Below the pieces are notes generated by a model. That model ran no database searches and was not told the DNA's origin. It saw nothing but the letters and a program-made list of their open reading frames with translations. A DNA stretch of 63,018 nt, the filler included, from Dirinaria sp. TL-2023a (Eukaryota): assembly GCA_051941275.1 (NCBI GenBank). It is 3 parts of 3 records of this genome, joined end to end, with 100 filler letters (N's around TTAATTAATTAA, not from the genome) between each part and the next. Parts side by side here need not be neighbours in the genome. Positions count along the whole stretch, not along the records: positions 21,118 to 42,073 come from JAVEBF010000272.1; 2 more parts are not named here. One strand, written 5' to 3'. Shown here piece after piece: positions 23,386 to 36,360 of the stretch. The position numbers and the translations under genes are program-made. How positions within the stretch are numbered: position 1 is the stretch's first letter; each line of letters starts with the position of its first letter.

Positions 23386-24207
23386 GATTGTCTTGATCCT
23401 TCTCCGGAAAAAGCTTTGCCTAGGCGCGAGCTATGGTCAAGCGACGATGGCTAGGTTCAATGTAGATGGGCTGTGAGCCGGATCCCCCTCCCGTGGTCCA
23501 AACGATAAGGTATGCTCTTGTGCGAACAGGATCTTCGAGGTGGCAGTGTATGTGTACAGGAAAGGTTTACTTCCCGGAGAGGCCGGATCGTTTGACAGCA
23601 ATGCCCGCCCTAGTTCTGCCTAGGCGATCGAAGCTCTTTGTGCACGGCGGCGGCTGTTTCGAAGAGTGTTCTCTGCCAGTCTCAGAGTGCGAGGCTTAGC
23701 GTACGGACGGAGGATCTTGATATGGTAAAGGCTTCAAGGCGGTAATAATATGGGATCCGGGTGCAATTGTAGGATAACTCTTCTTGCCAGCCCTTTAATC
23801 GGGCTGATCTCGTGATATAGCACTGCAGCAAAGGTAAGGTAGTGAGATAGACGAGGGCAGGATCTCTACCGTACGATATGCGATCGATTATTGGCGAGAT
23901 GTTTGGAGGCGGTGCGCGGGAAAAGGGCCTTGTAGCAATGCGAACCAACCGGTGGGCTAGCAGCAGCCTTACTCGCGGTGGGACGCCCGTGCTGTGCTAC
24001 GACTACCTGTAACTGTGTAAAGGCACGGAGGTGGTCAGTAGTGGTTTTTTGATGAAATAATGCGAAAGGTGAGGTAAGTGGGAGATAGGAATTAAGGATA
24101 AGTCACAGCCCTGAGGCTGCGCAGCTCACCCGAAGGATTCGGGGCGATCGTGCTGTACCTGCTGGATCCCCGTTTTGAGCCTCTGAAACACCGTCCTGTA
24201 CAGCTGT

Positions 24208-24246
24208 CGCGCGCGCGCACGCACACACACACACGACAGACACACA
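24208..24246. repeat. (CG)n(CA)n alternating purine-pyrimidine microsatellite upstream of crz1
   Basis: cgcgcgcgcgcacgcacacacacacacgacagacacaca. Confidence 0.8.
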
Positions 24247-25642
24247 GGTTCGAGGTTTCCAGCTGCAGGTTCGAAAATAGCGGACGATGATGATAATATT
24301 GGGTGATTCACTCTAGTTCGGGCTGATGAAGCGAGATAAGATGGATCGCAATCAGCGAGCCCGAGTGACTGGGGAAATAATAATCACTAAGGTACCTTAA
24401 GAATATTATGTATGTACTGTAGAAAGAGGAGCGCATCCGTCCCCAAAGATAGAAGTCAGCCAATGCTCGCTCGAGGGTGGTGCTGCGAGGTCATCTTTAG
24501 GCTTTTTAGCGGGCGTCTAATCAGGTGGTAGCTGATAGGTGAGAGGAAAGTGAGAGATACCTCTATTCCCTTGGTACAGTACGAGTACAGCACAGTACAG
24601 TACAGTGAAGTCCCTCGGGTACCTCCAGTAAGGTAAAGTACATTCACCTGCTTACCTAATTACGCGACCGGTGGGAAGGAAGAAATGGAATTGTTCCGCC
24701 AATCTCCTACCTTAGGTATCTTATCTCATCCAAGGTACTGCAAAGATAGTAACCCGGTGTACTTACTCGACCCAAATACCTTAATCTTACCACTTGAATT
24801 AAATAAGGAAGGTTGAGTGTCGAATTGGGTACTCGTGAGGTAAATATGTGAGGTATAGTACAACCCAATGATATCTCAGTAATGTGCAAACACCCGGTGA
24901 ACAAACAAAAATATGATGATGCAAGTCCACAAAAAGTGCCTCGGATCGTCCGACTACTACTGCCTTACCTCTACAGTACTTACTGTATGAATGATGAATT
25001 AATTATTGATTCCAAGTCTGTGGGAAATTGGTTCGAGAACTCCGCCTCCTTTCCCAGACATGTACAGTTGTCTTCAATAACAATCTCTCCAGGTTCTGGC
25101 TTAGGCACTATTGCCGCCTTTTGCACAGCCTACCTTAGCTGCCTGGTACCGAAGCAACCTCCTCACTTTTACCTCGACGTTTGTACATCCTACCTTACCT
25201 CCTCATCATCCTCCTCCTCTTCCCCTCGCTGTGGGTACGGCAAGGCATATTTCGCCATTGCGACCCATCTACTGGCCAATTATTCGCTGCTGATCGTGGG
25301 ACGACTGCTGTTCTTTTTCTATTATCATCATGGTGCAATGGCAGGATCGCGACATCAGCAAAAATGTAATCTGTTCAGAAAATAGCACGCTCGAGTACAT
25401 GTACATTGGCTATTCTAACCATCGAGTGAAACCGGCCTGTCCTTGTCCTGGCCCACTGGACCTCCACCCCTACTCCTGCCCGCTGAACTCCTCCGTCCCC
25501 ATGAACCTTTTCCCAATAGCCTGACCCAACATGGCAAACGATATCGCTAGCATCCCCATTCTCGAGTAGAGTAGATTCGAAGCACAATAATCAATTGCGA
25601 AATCTAGTCCAATCGTTGGCGCCAGATCCTCCGATTCGTCCC

Positions 25643-28468
25643 TCAATCCTCTTCCTTCGCCTTTTCTTTCCCCTTCTCTTTCTTCTGCTTTTCCGTCTCC
25701 TGAACACTGCCTTCGCGACTGACCATACTGACCCCATCGCCGTCCGGACCACGGTTGACCACTCGCAGCTTCTCTTTGGGGACAGTGAACATGACCTGGA
25801 CCACTCTCCGCTCGACTGCTGACTCGACGTCCCATTCTTCGTCACCGGCTTCCGGACCGTTGGCCTCGCCGTCGTCCCCTCGACCAGAAGTCCCTCCAAC
25901 GTTCCAATCCTTGGCGCCTTGTCGTTTCTGCCAAAGCGCCGCTCCAGCGCTCGCAGCACGCCGCGGCACTCCTGCCTCGGTGTGGTGATATTTGATAGGA
26001 GAAGACGACGCACTGGGGTTATTGGGGGATTCCGACGTATTTCGATCAACTCCCGTGAACACGCGGCGGACGCTACCCATCCACCCTCGTGCACGACTTT
26101 GCATCCGTGTTGGCGATGCTGCCTCTTGGCCAGGATAGCCACCCAGCAAGGCCTCTCCTTCGGACTGCAGCTGCGATGAGGGTGTTGTTGCCGTAGCGTA
26201 GATGTCGGATGTGTTGGTACCTCGTGGATTGGCAAGCAGCGTCAGCGACTGTGACCGGCGGTTGCTGGAGCCAGGTTTCCGTGTCATGCTGTGACTATGC
26301 TGGAAATTGCTGGCCTGTAATTGGCTATTGCCGTCAAGAGGTGGTGAAAAGGGTCTGGTGGTGAAAAGAGCCGTGGATCGCTGGGACATACTTCTGTTGA
26401 CGGAACCCGCTGAGTATTGCCATGATTGGGCAGAAACAGCCGAGTGGGCCGATTGATCACTGAGGCTGGACGATGTCCGATCCGTCTTGTCTGGTGAGAC
26501 TCGTCCATGGCGGTGGTGCATGAGCGCGTCTGCTGCCGTCCAGTCGCTCACCCAGTTCTCTACTTCCAATTGCCTTTCTCTCGCAGGTGACTGCGGAGAC
26601 GGAGTTCTAAATAAATCTGGATCACGGAAAGGGTCCAGTATGGGCGCGGATCGAAGTATGTCACCATCCCTGTGTTGACGGTGATCAGGTTCTAGAGAGG
26701 TATCCCTCTCTGTCTTGCCCTCTTCGTACTCATCCCGTTCGTCGATAGGATGGATGGTGTTCGGGCCACGCACTAGCCGGCTGTCATCGTAACGCGGCGC
26801 AGGTTGGTATGCTCCCCTGGAGTGCAGTGACCTACGAAGTCCCCTTGTGGGGCTTGGGATTTCGAATAACAGTCCAGTCCTCTCGGCGTCGGTGTTGTGT
26901 TTTCTTGTCGTGGCGTGCGCATCATTGGAGGCCATCTCCTGGCCATTACTGCCTGCGCCAAACGGAGGCAAATGAGCGGAATGGGCATCGGTCCCCAGAT
27001 TTCGCAACTCTCGTTCATGGGCTTCTCTGCGCTGTTTCAAACGGCGGCTGTACCAGAAGTACACAATGACCAATGCAAGCAGTGCCAATATCCCAAACGT
27101 GAGCCCTGCTCCCAAACCTGCCCGTTTGGAAGCTGTGACACCACGATTGTCTGCAGTGGGACCTTTCGACTGGCTTGGAGCTATGATGGGGGGAGAGTAG
27201 CTGTCTGTCCAAGTGCTAGATGTAGCATTGAAAAAGTAGCTCTTTTCGTTCGCCGAGGGACCAGCTCGTTTTGACTTTTTCGTTGTAGGTGCCGATAAAG
27301 TGTATCCGCCAGTGATCATCATGACATTGCCAGGGAGCATGACAGCACCATGGCCATAAATACCCTCTCCGTCGACTGGGCCGACTCCGCTTTGGTCTGG
27401 AATGCTCCACTGCCAACTACCATCCCCGCCATAACCATCCCCTAGGTCTAAAATGGCCAATTGAGGATCGGCAGCTGTCTGGATATCACCAACCCAACCC
27501 CCAAATACAACTACACGCTGGCCATCAGAGGTCAAGACTGCTGTGTGGCCGGATCGGGGGTCGACAGCTGTAGCTGCTCGGGCTGCAAGACCGGTCTTTG
27601 GTGAGATCGTTGGCTGCTCGACTGGCAAGAAACTCCAGCTCTGTTCAGGCAGCGAGAACAAAGCTACCTGTGACATGTTGATGAAGGCTGATTTTGTATG
27701 GCCACCCAAGAGTACGAAATTTTGATTTCGCTGTTGCGTCGCATTGCCATTCGAAGACTGCGAGCTCGTAGGCTGGAGACCAGTGATTGAGTAGCCAGCT
27801 TCGGCAATAGGTGGCCCTCTGCTGGGGGATAGCCCGAGAAGGAAGTCCGATTTTGCGCTGGAAGCTTGTGGCTGGAACGTCAACATGTCGTTCGAATATT
27901 CTGCAGACTTTGTCCACTCCGTAGAGTCCGAGTAGGCTTGGTCCGGGCACATGCCGCCAAAGATATACAGCTCTGGGGTCGAATTGGTCGTGGCGGAGAA
28001 AGCAACGCCAGAAGCCAGATAATTGGCATGCTTGAGCTTGATCTTGCTTGTGCTCGCATCGTCGTTCAGTGCCAGTTGTACCCACGTGCCGCTTCCATGA
28101 GATGTAACGTCGCTCGTCTCATATTTCCACAGCGTAGAAGTACTAGCCGAGACATTATTGCAATTGCCAGCATACACCAGTATGTTACCCTGCTCGTCGA
28201 GCGCAGGAGTATACGCTTCGTTTGAACCGTTGGAGAGGAAGGGCAATGCGCTCGATAGACTGGCTGTTGGGAGATTGGCCGCGTTGAATGTCTTGCTAGC
28301 ATTCAGAGCTACGAGCTCGGCAGCGGAAGACTGGAAAATAAGGTAGAGCGAGCTATCGTTGACGGGACCAAAGATTCTCGAAGGAATATAAGGGAACGTC
28401 GCCATGGCCTGTGCTGACAGCACAGGCTCTTGGTGGTTTGGGAAGAATTGAATTGCTGGTTTCACCAC
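25643..28468 (-). CDS. Kelch/galactose-oxidase-type beta-propeller single-pass membrane protein; true start uncertain
   Basis: Kelch-like LYIFGG, FVLLGG, PRSGHTAV..VVVFGG, GIYGHGAV..MMITGG; one TM (GLGAGLTFGILALLALVIVYFWY); long disordered tail ending WDVESAVERRVVQVMFTVPKEKLRVVN. No clear signal peptide in the ORF as called. Confidence 0.75.
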   Translation of the reverse strand: MVKPAIQFFPNHQEPVLSAQAMATFPYIPSRIFGPVNDSSLYLIFQSSAAELVALNASKTFNAANLPTASLSSALPFLSNGSNEAYTPALDEQGNILVYAGNCNNVSASTSTLWKYETSDVTSHGSGTWVQLALNDDASTSKIKLKHANYLASGVAFSATTNSTPELYIFGGMCPDQAYSDSTEWTKSAEYSNDMLTFQPQASSAKSDFLLGLSPSRGPPIAEAGYSITGLQPTSSQSSNGNATQQRNQNFVLLGGHTKSAFINMSQVALFSLPEQSWSFLPVEQPTISPKTGLAARAATAVDPRSGHTAVLTSDGQRVVVFGGWVGDIQTAADPQLAILDLGDGYGGDGSWQWSIPDQSGVGPVDGEGIYGHGAVMLPGNVMMITGGYTLSAPTTKKSKRAGPSANEKSYFFNATSSTWTDSYSPPIIAPSQSKGPTADNRGVTASKRAGLGAGLTFGILALLALVIVYFWYSRRLKQRREAHERELRNLGTDAHSAHLPPFGAGSNGQEMASNDAHATTRKHNTDAERTGLLFEIPSPTRGLRRSLHSRGAYQPAPRYDDSRLVRGPNTIHPIDERDEYEEGKTERDTSLEPDHRQHRDGDILRSAPILDPFRDPDLFRTPSPQSPARERQLEVENWVSDWTAADALMHHRHGRVSPDKTDRTSSSLSDQSAHSAVSAQSWQYSAGSVNRSMSQRSTALFTTRPFSPPLDGNSQLQASNFQHSHSMTRKPGSSNRRSQSLTLLANPRGTNTSDIYATATTPSSQLQSEGEALLGGYPGQEAASPTRMQSRARGWMGSVRRVFTGVDRNTSESPNNPSASSSPIKYHHTEAGVPRRAASAGAALWQKRQGAKDWNVGGTSGRGDDGEANGPEAGDEEWDVESAVERRVVQVMFTVPKEKLRVVNRGPDGDGVSMVSREGSVQETEKQKKEKGKEKAKEED

Positions 28469-29645
28469 AACATTGGCGCCAGATGACAGTGTGAGATGAA
28501 GTGGGCGTTCTCACATCATCTGCAGCAGTGTTCGTGAGCCATGCAGTTGCGTCGCCTACATTTATTCAGCTCCATGGTTATATCCGTAGAGTTGTACCAA
28601 GTCTCCTTTAGAGAGTCATTAGTTGTTCGATCAGGCGAAAGGGTGAGGAAGGAGGGGTAGAAAGAGACCACCTTGCAGGCCAATGTTGTAAACACACAGA
28701 TGAGGCTACAATCATGTGGGGTCTGAGTCCGGCCCATGTTCTAGATCTGAGCATTTGCGCCTCGTCTATTATTGTCAACATTGGTTGCGCAGTGCAACTC
28801 TCAAAGCTCGCCCAAAATGGTTTAGTGTACGTCGGCATCGCCAAACATGTGATACGGCAAGGTACCTCGGCTCACTCGGGTTGTCAATCCTATCGGTTTA
28901 TACCTTACCTACCTTAGGCACCTCCGGCGATGGAAACAGCTCATAGTACTTGTAGGCGTTTCCAAGAAATTGGTCATTAAAGCCAGAATGGTTTCACTGG
29001 CATATGACTGCGCGGACATATAGACTGATGCAGACCACCGTCCTCTATGGCGTGGCCTGGCGAGGGCAGGGGAGCATTGTGAACATTAAAAGCATGTCTA
29101 CGCTTCAGTGCACTCACAAGTAAGGCGCAACTATAGTGCTCGCATCTTTGCTGGCTAACTAGGTTCCAGGAATCTATGGACAATTGAGTTGCCATGAGAG
29201 ACGCTCCAATCCAACGCCGTGCTTTCCAGTATTGCTTCAAAGCCTGGACATTTTTGAATAATCCTGCCACCTCACGATTGGCGTCTTTCGCTATAAATGC
29301 AGAACAATGGGCCACGACGCCGACAGTATAGGCTGAGCAGAGAGATCTGGCAGCGAATGATGGGCACTTGTCAAAGAGGTGACAAGGTAGATCTTGCTCC
29401 ATGGCTAGAGATAAGGGTGTGGGCCGAAGCGAAGTCAGTTGGGGGTAAAGTAGTATGCGGCGATAGTGTCTCGTGATTGCGGCCCAAGATTAATGGCAAT
29501 TAAATTCGAGCGACGTATCAATGCAGAGTACGTCAAAGCTCATGTATCGTCGAAATTCCGGGTGCTTAAGGTCGTCGAAGCGTAGAGGTTTTGTACAAAG
29601 AGATGTGAAGGTTCAATATATGTTTCGTCTATCCCTCGAGGATCT

Positions 29646-32600
29646 TTACTTCTTAGGTCCCATCATTAGCATGTCGTCGTCACTATCCGAGTCCAGTTCA
29701 CCCTCCCCATTATAACCTGCCTCATCGTCATCCGGAGCGGACACCTTCAGTGCTTTTCCACGACGCTCAACAAAGTCCCTACTCGTGCCTGCCTGCTGCA
29801 CATCGCTCGTATCCGACACGTTTCTCGGTACCAGCGCTGACGGAGAAACCTGTTTGGCCGATCGCGATAGAACCTCTGCATCAACTGCGGCGGAAAAAGA
29901 GGAAGCACCGCTGACTACAGATGGCACGCTTGGATGAGAGAAGGATTCACTGATGCCGGAAGCCATTTGCTCAGATGAGGACGAGATGCCTACTGATATA
30001 GCTTGACGCTGTTGTTCGTAAAACGTGACGTCATCTGGGGAAGGTGGACAAGGTGCCTCAGATGTGTCCGGCGAGAGTTCAGGATGAGCCAGGCCGGAAT
30101 GGGACGCCTCGACTATCTGACGTCTAAAATTGTGTTCTTGTGCTTGCTGAAAAGCTTCGTTTGGTGATTCAAGAGCTATGTGTGGTTGAGCCGGCGACGA
30201 AGTTGGGGCTGTCTGATAAAGATCGGCAGGTGAAGGTTCCTCGCGTAGAACAGGTGGCTGATCAACGTGCCCAGCTGCTATGGCTGAGGAGATGGCTAGG
30301 CTGGGTGAAGCATGTGAGTCATCAATGTTAGACGCATTGGTGTCAGCCGATGATGACCGACTTGACTGAGATGGACTGTCTCGGCCACGCCCTCTCTCCC
30401 GGCTGCGCATGTTGTTGACAAAACGGCGACCAGCACCGTGAAATATTCCCCCAAGGCTTGAGGATGAGCTCGTGTCGATTGCTGTTGTTAGGGATGGGAA
30501 ACTCTCCTCGTTCGGAACGGTCGTCTCTCGAATGGCAGGCACTGTAGCCCTGACTGTCCTCGCAGACTCGGCGTTCGAAAGCGTCCGTTCTGGAAGGTTA
30601 GGCCGACTAGTATAAGGGCTGCTAGTAGAGCTAGCAGCTGCAGATTGGCCTCCAGCATCAAAATAGGAGGCACTAGTCATTGTTTCCGGGCTGGCGCTCA
30701 CACTTTGCGATAAAGGATGATCGGATCCTCCTTCTCTTGAAGCGCGTAGAGCATTGAATATCTGCTCGTCCCCCCTCAAACTCGTCCTTCTGGCCTCTTG
30801 GCTACTGGCACTAGCCTTCGAAGGAGGTGCTGAAGAAGGACTATCGGGTGTCTTGACACTGCTATCGGTTCTTTTACGATTATCTCGACCACGAACAACA
30901 GAGCTAAGTCTCTTCAATCCGGATTTGAGGCGGTCCACTAGAGTAACTGCTACAACAGCACCCGCTACATCTTCGCTAGAGACCTCGATCTTCTTGCCTT
31001 CGCTCTGTAGTGATGGATCGGTTTCGTCAACCCAGGCAGACTGGTTGCTGATGCCGCGCAGAACCCATGGATGATGTTTGACATCCTTGAGGTTTATGCG
31101 TTTCGCTGGATCTTTGTGCAGCAGCCGCTTGAGCAAATCGCACAGCTCCTCGTCAATAGGCTCGTATTCAATGATATCGTCCATTCGCTTCTCACTTGGT
31201 ATTGTTGGTTTGTCTGACCTCTCCACTCCTTTAAGTCTTACTTGTGGTATGAAGACCTCTTCTCGGGCAATCTTCTCGTACATGGCCATTTCGTTTGAAT
31301 CGAGAAACGGAAGTCGTCCGAAGACCATACAGTATAGCGTAACCCCGAGAGCCCATACATCGATCTGGCCCGTGATTCGAGGACGATGTGGTGTGCTCTC
31401 TATATCGAAAAGATCCGGATCGCATAGTTCGGGTGCGTAGAAGGCGGGGGTACCGACAGTCTTTGCCAACTCGACTTCCTCCGTAATATCACTTGCATCA
31501 GCCTCGGGCAGCTCTTCATCAATAGTATCATCAATTCTGATGGGCTTGCCTAAATACGACACTCCGAAATCTGAGATCTTCACGCGGAAGTCAGCCGTCC
31601 AAAGCAGATTAGCTGGCTTGATGTCACGATGGATAATGCCTTGGAAGTGGAGGTACTCGAGACCTAGGACAGTATCTCGAAAGGCATCTTGGACTTGATT
31701 CAAGGTCAAGCAAGGCACGTGCTTGTACTCCTCCTCTTCTTCGGTCCACTGAGTCTCGTCGTCAATGAATTGCTGTAATCTCCGTCGTAGAGACTCATTC
31801 GAGTAAGGATCGTCGTTCATATAAGGGCCATACATGGTCCCTTCGAGCTCCACAGGGAGATCTTCCAATGTTAAATTAGACATTGATTGTGTGGATTTTC
31901 GCTGCGCTAGAGACTCTGGAGTCACTGTTTCCAGAGTCATGTCATCTAAAGGGGTTGGCTTGGGTGTATCCATTTGTTTGGGAGTAGCCTCTTCAGGTGA
32001 GACTCCAAGATGCTCGGAACTTGCGATAAGCCGCGAGGAGGCGACCAGCGTCTCTTGAGTTTCTCCGTTGCGGCCGGCTTCACATTGACGGCTAGAATCT
32101 TCTTCCAATCCATCACCATGCTCAAGACTCCAATGTGGAGCGACAAGAGTCCTCTCGGATTGGACTTTCGACTTGTTTTTCTTCCTCTGGATAGAATCTA
32201 TTTTTCCTGCGCGGCGAGCTGGAGCGCCTCGATTGAAACGATCAACTTCTGCGAGTTCAAATGCCTCATCCATCAGACCAGCTTTCTCCCTTCTTACACG
32301 GTTCATTTCGAAGCTTGCAACGTCTTTGTCTGTCTGCTTTCGCCAAACAATTTCCCCTTTCTCCACAAACTCAAGCACTAAGTAGACTTTACCATACTCA
32401 TCGTCATCAATGACTTCTAACAAGCTGACGACGTGTGGATGGCGCGCTTTCTTGAGTATGGCGACTTCTTTCTTGATCATGTCACTAGGATCGCCTGATC
32501 TGCCAAGACGTAGCTTCTTCGAAAAGCGGCGGACGATCTTGACCGCCACTTTTTGTTGTGTGGTAAGATTCCGGCCCAACTTGACGGTACCGTGTTGGCC

Positions 32601-33808
32601 GCTACCAAGTTTCTCAAACAGCTCGTAGTCATTAATAGTCTTCCTACCGGAGATCGGATCGATATCTTTCAGCAGCTTATGAGTTCTAGTGCACGTTAGT
32701 GAAGCCTCACGCTGCTAGGAGAGCTTGCTGCAGGGAAAAGGGCACTTATGTTGAATATAGAAAGGGAAACTTACTCGATAGGCGTTTGAAGGTGGAGAGC
32801 ATGGGCAGGATGTAGTGCTGGTGTTCGATGCGTTGATTCGTCTGAGTCTTGACCAATGGGTTTGCTCCTGGGTATCAAGGGTGAAAAGAGTCCTGGACTT
32901 TGAGCGGGCGTGTTGCCAACAGTTTTGGCGCCTGACTGCATGGTTGGTAGATCTCTAGGTTGAATTGAAGAATCTGATGAATAAGAAGTATAATGTGATG
33001 ATTGGGAGCTACGAGTTCTCAAAGCTTGTGGCTGATGAGTTGAAGGGTAGTACTGAGACTGAAGAGCAGCAAAAGACTGATCCGGGTAGTTTGGATATGA
33101 AGGCCCCTCTCTGCGGCCTCTTGAACTCGATTTGCTTTTCAAATTAGGCACAGACGTAGGTCTCGCGGATGTTGCTTTGAAGATAGTAGGACCAACGACA
33201 GTCTGGGTTGCAGAATCTTTCCAAGTAGAGTCATGTTCTGCGATGCTCTGAGTATTTGCAGGTACATGGCTGGATGGTGGAATTGGACTGTCTGTACTAC
33301 TGAGATTGGTCCGGGATTCTGCAGTAGTGTTGCTGCCTGGTAACAACTCTAGAAGATTGGATTCTTCTGATTCGGTAAGCGCCCCGGTTTTCGATGATTC
33401 TCTTATTGAAACATCCACTGGCTTCAGTACATTGACATTGAGGTATTCACGACTCTGAAACGCTGACGGACCATCAGTCTCTGGCTGTAATGGATGTGTA
33501 AGAGCTCCATGTGCAGTTTCATGCAAATCTGCATGAGCATATGATGCATGTTTGTCCCTTGTGGAGCCTATCTGATCCTCCCTTGGTATGTTCATGTGAT
33601 GCCGTATGCTAGCAGAAGAGCCATTTCCGGTTATGTTTGACGATACCTGCTTCTCATTATGCACCTTATTGATGTTCATTGCTTCAGGTAGACCAATGGT
33701 GTCCTCTCCTCTCGCGGCCCGTTCCAAGGGTCTTTCTCCATCTTGTTCAGGCCCTCCATCGATGTAGAGTGTGTCTTTTGCCGCTTGACCTTGTCCGCTT
33801 GCCATCAT
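29646..33808 (-). CDS. CaMKK-family Ser/Thr kinase (Sak1/Ssp1-like, Snf1-activating), two exons
   Basis: Intron at about 32774-32686 gives ETHKLLKDIDPISGRKTINDYE..LGSGQHGTVKLG; VAVKI, KKEVAILKKARHPHVVSL, long insert, GLEYLHFQGIIHRDIKPANLL, DFGVS, ELAKTVGTPAFYAPELC, DVWALG. First in-frame ATG at 33808. Confidence 0.88.
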
Positions 33809-36360
33809 TGCTGAAGATCCAAACAATGCTGTCTTCTTGCTCTGATCTAGGTGTACCTATAGGGGTTTTTTGTTCCACCAACGTCATCGACCACTGAGGG
33901 AGCCTGGCAATAGACCTGCTTGCATTCTGCTTGCAGTTTGTATAGTGAACAAATTGCTCTTACAATCGTGGGTAGGTATTCGTCCTCGGTTTGCACTTTC
34001 AATTTCTCTTATCCTCGGAGCCACACGTTTTCTGTTTCTCTCAAACCCCCTGACACTGTGTACCGTATGGATCGATGCTGGGAATGAAGAGCTTCGGTAG
34101 AGCTAGAGTAATAAACGAGTGTGTGGGGTGAATGGGCGTCGAATGACTGGACCGGGGCCGTGGGTCTTCCTTTGCAAGATGGGTCAAGGTTAAGCTTGTC
34201 CTCTAGTGACCGAAGCCAGTGTTAAGGTTGTCATCAATCGCTGAGAAGAATGGAGGTTCGGCTGCTTTAGGAGGTGCGACACAGGAGGTGGGTTTTCTTG
34301 CAGGCTCCCCACACAATACGGAGTGACAGGCGAGGCGATTGCAATTTTTGGAGAGACGGGACTTTGGAGAATGGGCTGCGGTTAAGGAGGGAGGGATCTG
34401 CGAACGAATGGCGGACACCAAGATGCCCCCCGCAACCTTCGTCAGGGAATTTTGCCAAACGGTGGAGCATTAGCATTGCTCGGCAGCATCGACATTTGAT
34501 GGGTATCTGTGGCTAGCCGGGGTAATGATTGGTGGGTACTAGACCTAGTTGCAAAGAGGGCAGAATTTAGAGAGGCACCGTGTTGGCTCCCTTCTGGCTC
34601 ATGCATATCATTTTCCATCTGCGCCCGGCCCAATGATTGTCACCCGCCAGAGCGCTCGACGGCCCCTCAGTGGCTCGTGCTATCAGTGTATCAGCTAGCC
34701 TTGGTGGCCTTGGGCTTGCGCCCGAGCTGATCGGCAGTACCCAACTCAACTCAAAACCCTCTCTCGCCACTTCTCAAATGAAAAAGGTCGAGTGCATGTC
34801 ACGAACAGCTCGCCCTCTTCTGCCACGTCTCCAGCGTGTTGGCAGCGGCCACAGGGAAGTCGGATTCACCATACACTCCCACGCTCTTTCAACAACAAGG
34901 TTCAATTCCGCAAAAGCAAGCGCTGGCTTGATGCTGGACACAGGCAAGATCCGAGGAGACATACAGGGATGGGCGTATCTACTAGCTATGTTCAGTTGGT
35001 CCTGCATGTTTGCAACTCGCGATGAGCGCCGCTAGTCAAAACTATTTCGCTGTGCCTTCGCCCTTACCCCAGATTTGTGTTCGAGCCGAAGGCTGTCTAC
35101 ATGTGCTACAGGAAAACTGACGTTTTCACTGGGCCCAAGTAGAACATTCTGAAGAGCCAACACTTCTGCACGCGTGCCCCTTTCCTGCTTTCATATGTCA
35201 TACTTGACATCAAAAGCCTCCGCTTCGCAAGCGAGCCCATGGAGCGGCGCGACCTGACTGTTCCGCTGCATGCCGCGAGGAAGACGAATATGTGTTGAGA
35301 CTCTAATGGGTGAGGGAGGCCCACCCACGGAATAATAGCGATTGTATGCTATTGGAGATGGAAGTCTAAGGTACCTACCGCGCACGTTCCGGGCTGCGCT
35401 ACCGAAATGGGGGATGCGGGTTTGCACCAAGCCAGAGGCGGAGTCTATTGGCGATGGCTGACCACAGGCCGAACCGACGAACATACAATTGATACTCGTG
35501 ATGCTTCCAGATTCCTCTACGACTTCACTAAAACTCATGAAAAAAGACTAAGCGCAGATCATTCAATACACACACAATCCTCTACAGGGGAGCCATGCCG
35601 GCCATCCCCAGGGCCACGTCCCAGTCAGATGGTTGGTGGCTGTCCGTATACCATATCACAGAGGTCATGAATCAGAATTCTCCGACATACGACGTCAATG
35701 TATTTGCGCTAGGATCGCAAGAAGGGACCCTTGCGCTCCGATTGATCGCTTGAAAGCTCTCCAGCGGAATATTCTCCGGAGCTTGATTTGAGGTGTGTAC
35801 CATATATAGAAGGGTCCAACTATCAGTCTCGTGAGAAGCCGAGCAGCTACACCTTCGCGAATCGCTAAAATAGTTTCTCAAGGCTTCTCCTCTTGGCCTG
35901 TGCTCATGCTCTGTAGATGTTGCTCTTGGGGTGTCTTACGCTGCTCATCATCGCCAAGTTGTTGTCGAGTACTAGCTCTCCATGCTTCAACATGGCTTGC
36001 TCTTTAAGATATGAATACGACAAAAGACCTTCGATCGCAAGGCTTCTGTTGAGAATGATCCGTGCGGTCCGCTAACCATGGTGCGTTCCTCATATCCTTT
36101 ATTGGTGTATGTGGGCTGATCGAGATCGCGTACGAGACATCCACAAGCTACGCCACAGGCTTACAGGGTCTTGTATTTTATTTCTAATCATTCGATCTCA
36201 TGCTGATCCTTTGATCAATGCCTACGCTGGACTCGAGAGCATGGCATCATCCGCTTCACGACAAATTATATGACTACTTGATTAGTAGTGCTCATCGGAT
36301 GTCCAAAGGACGTTCTCCATAGGACCTTCTCCATTCATATCATGCGCACTGTACCTTATC

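Noticed and set aside
25591..26235. 214-aa minus-strand ORF with a basic tail
   Set aside because: Alternative frame within the kelch-like gene.
33830..36350. Many short ORFs upstream of the kinase
   Set aside because: Most likely a long promoter/5' UTR; no supportable coding or ncRNA structure found.
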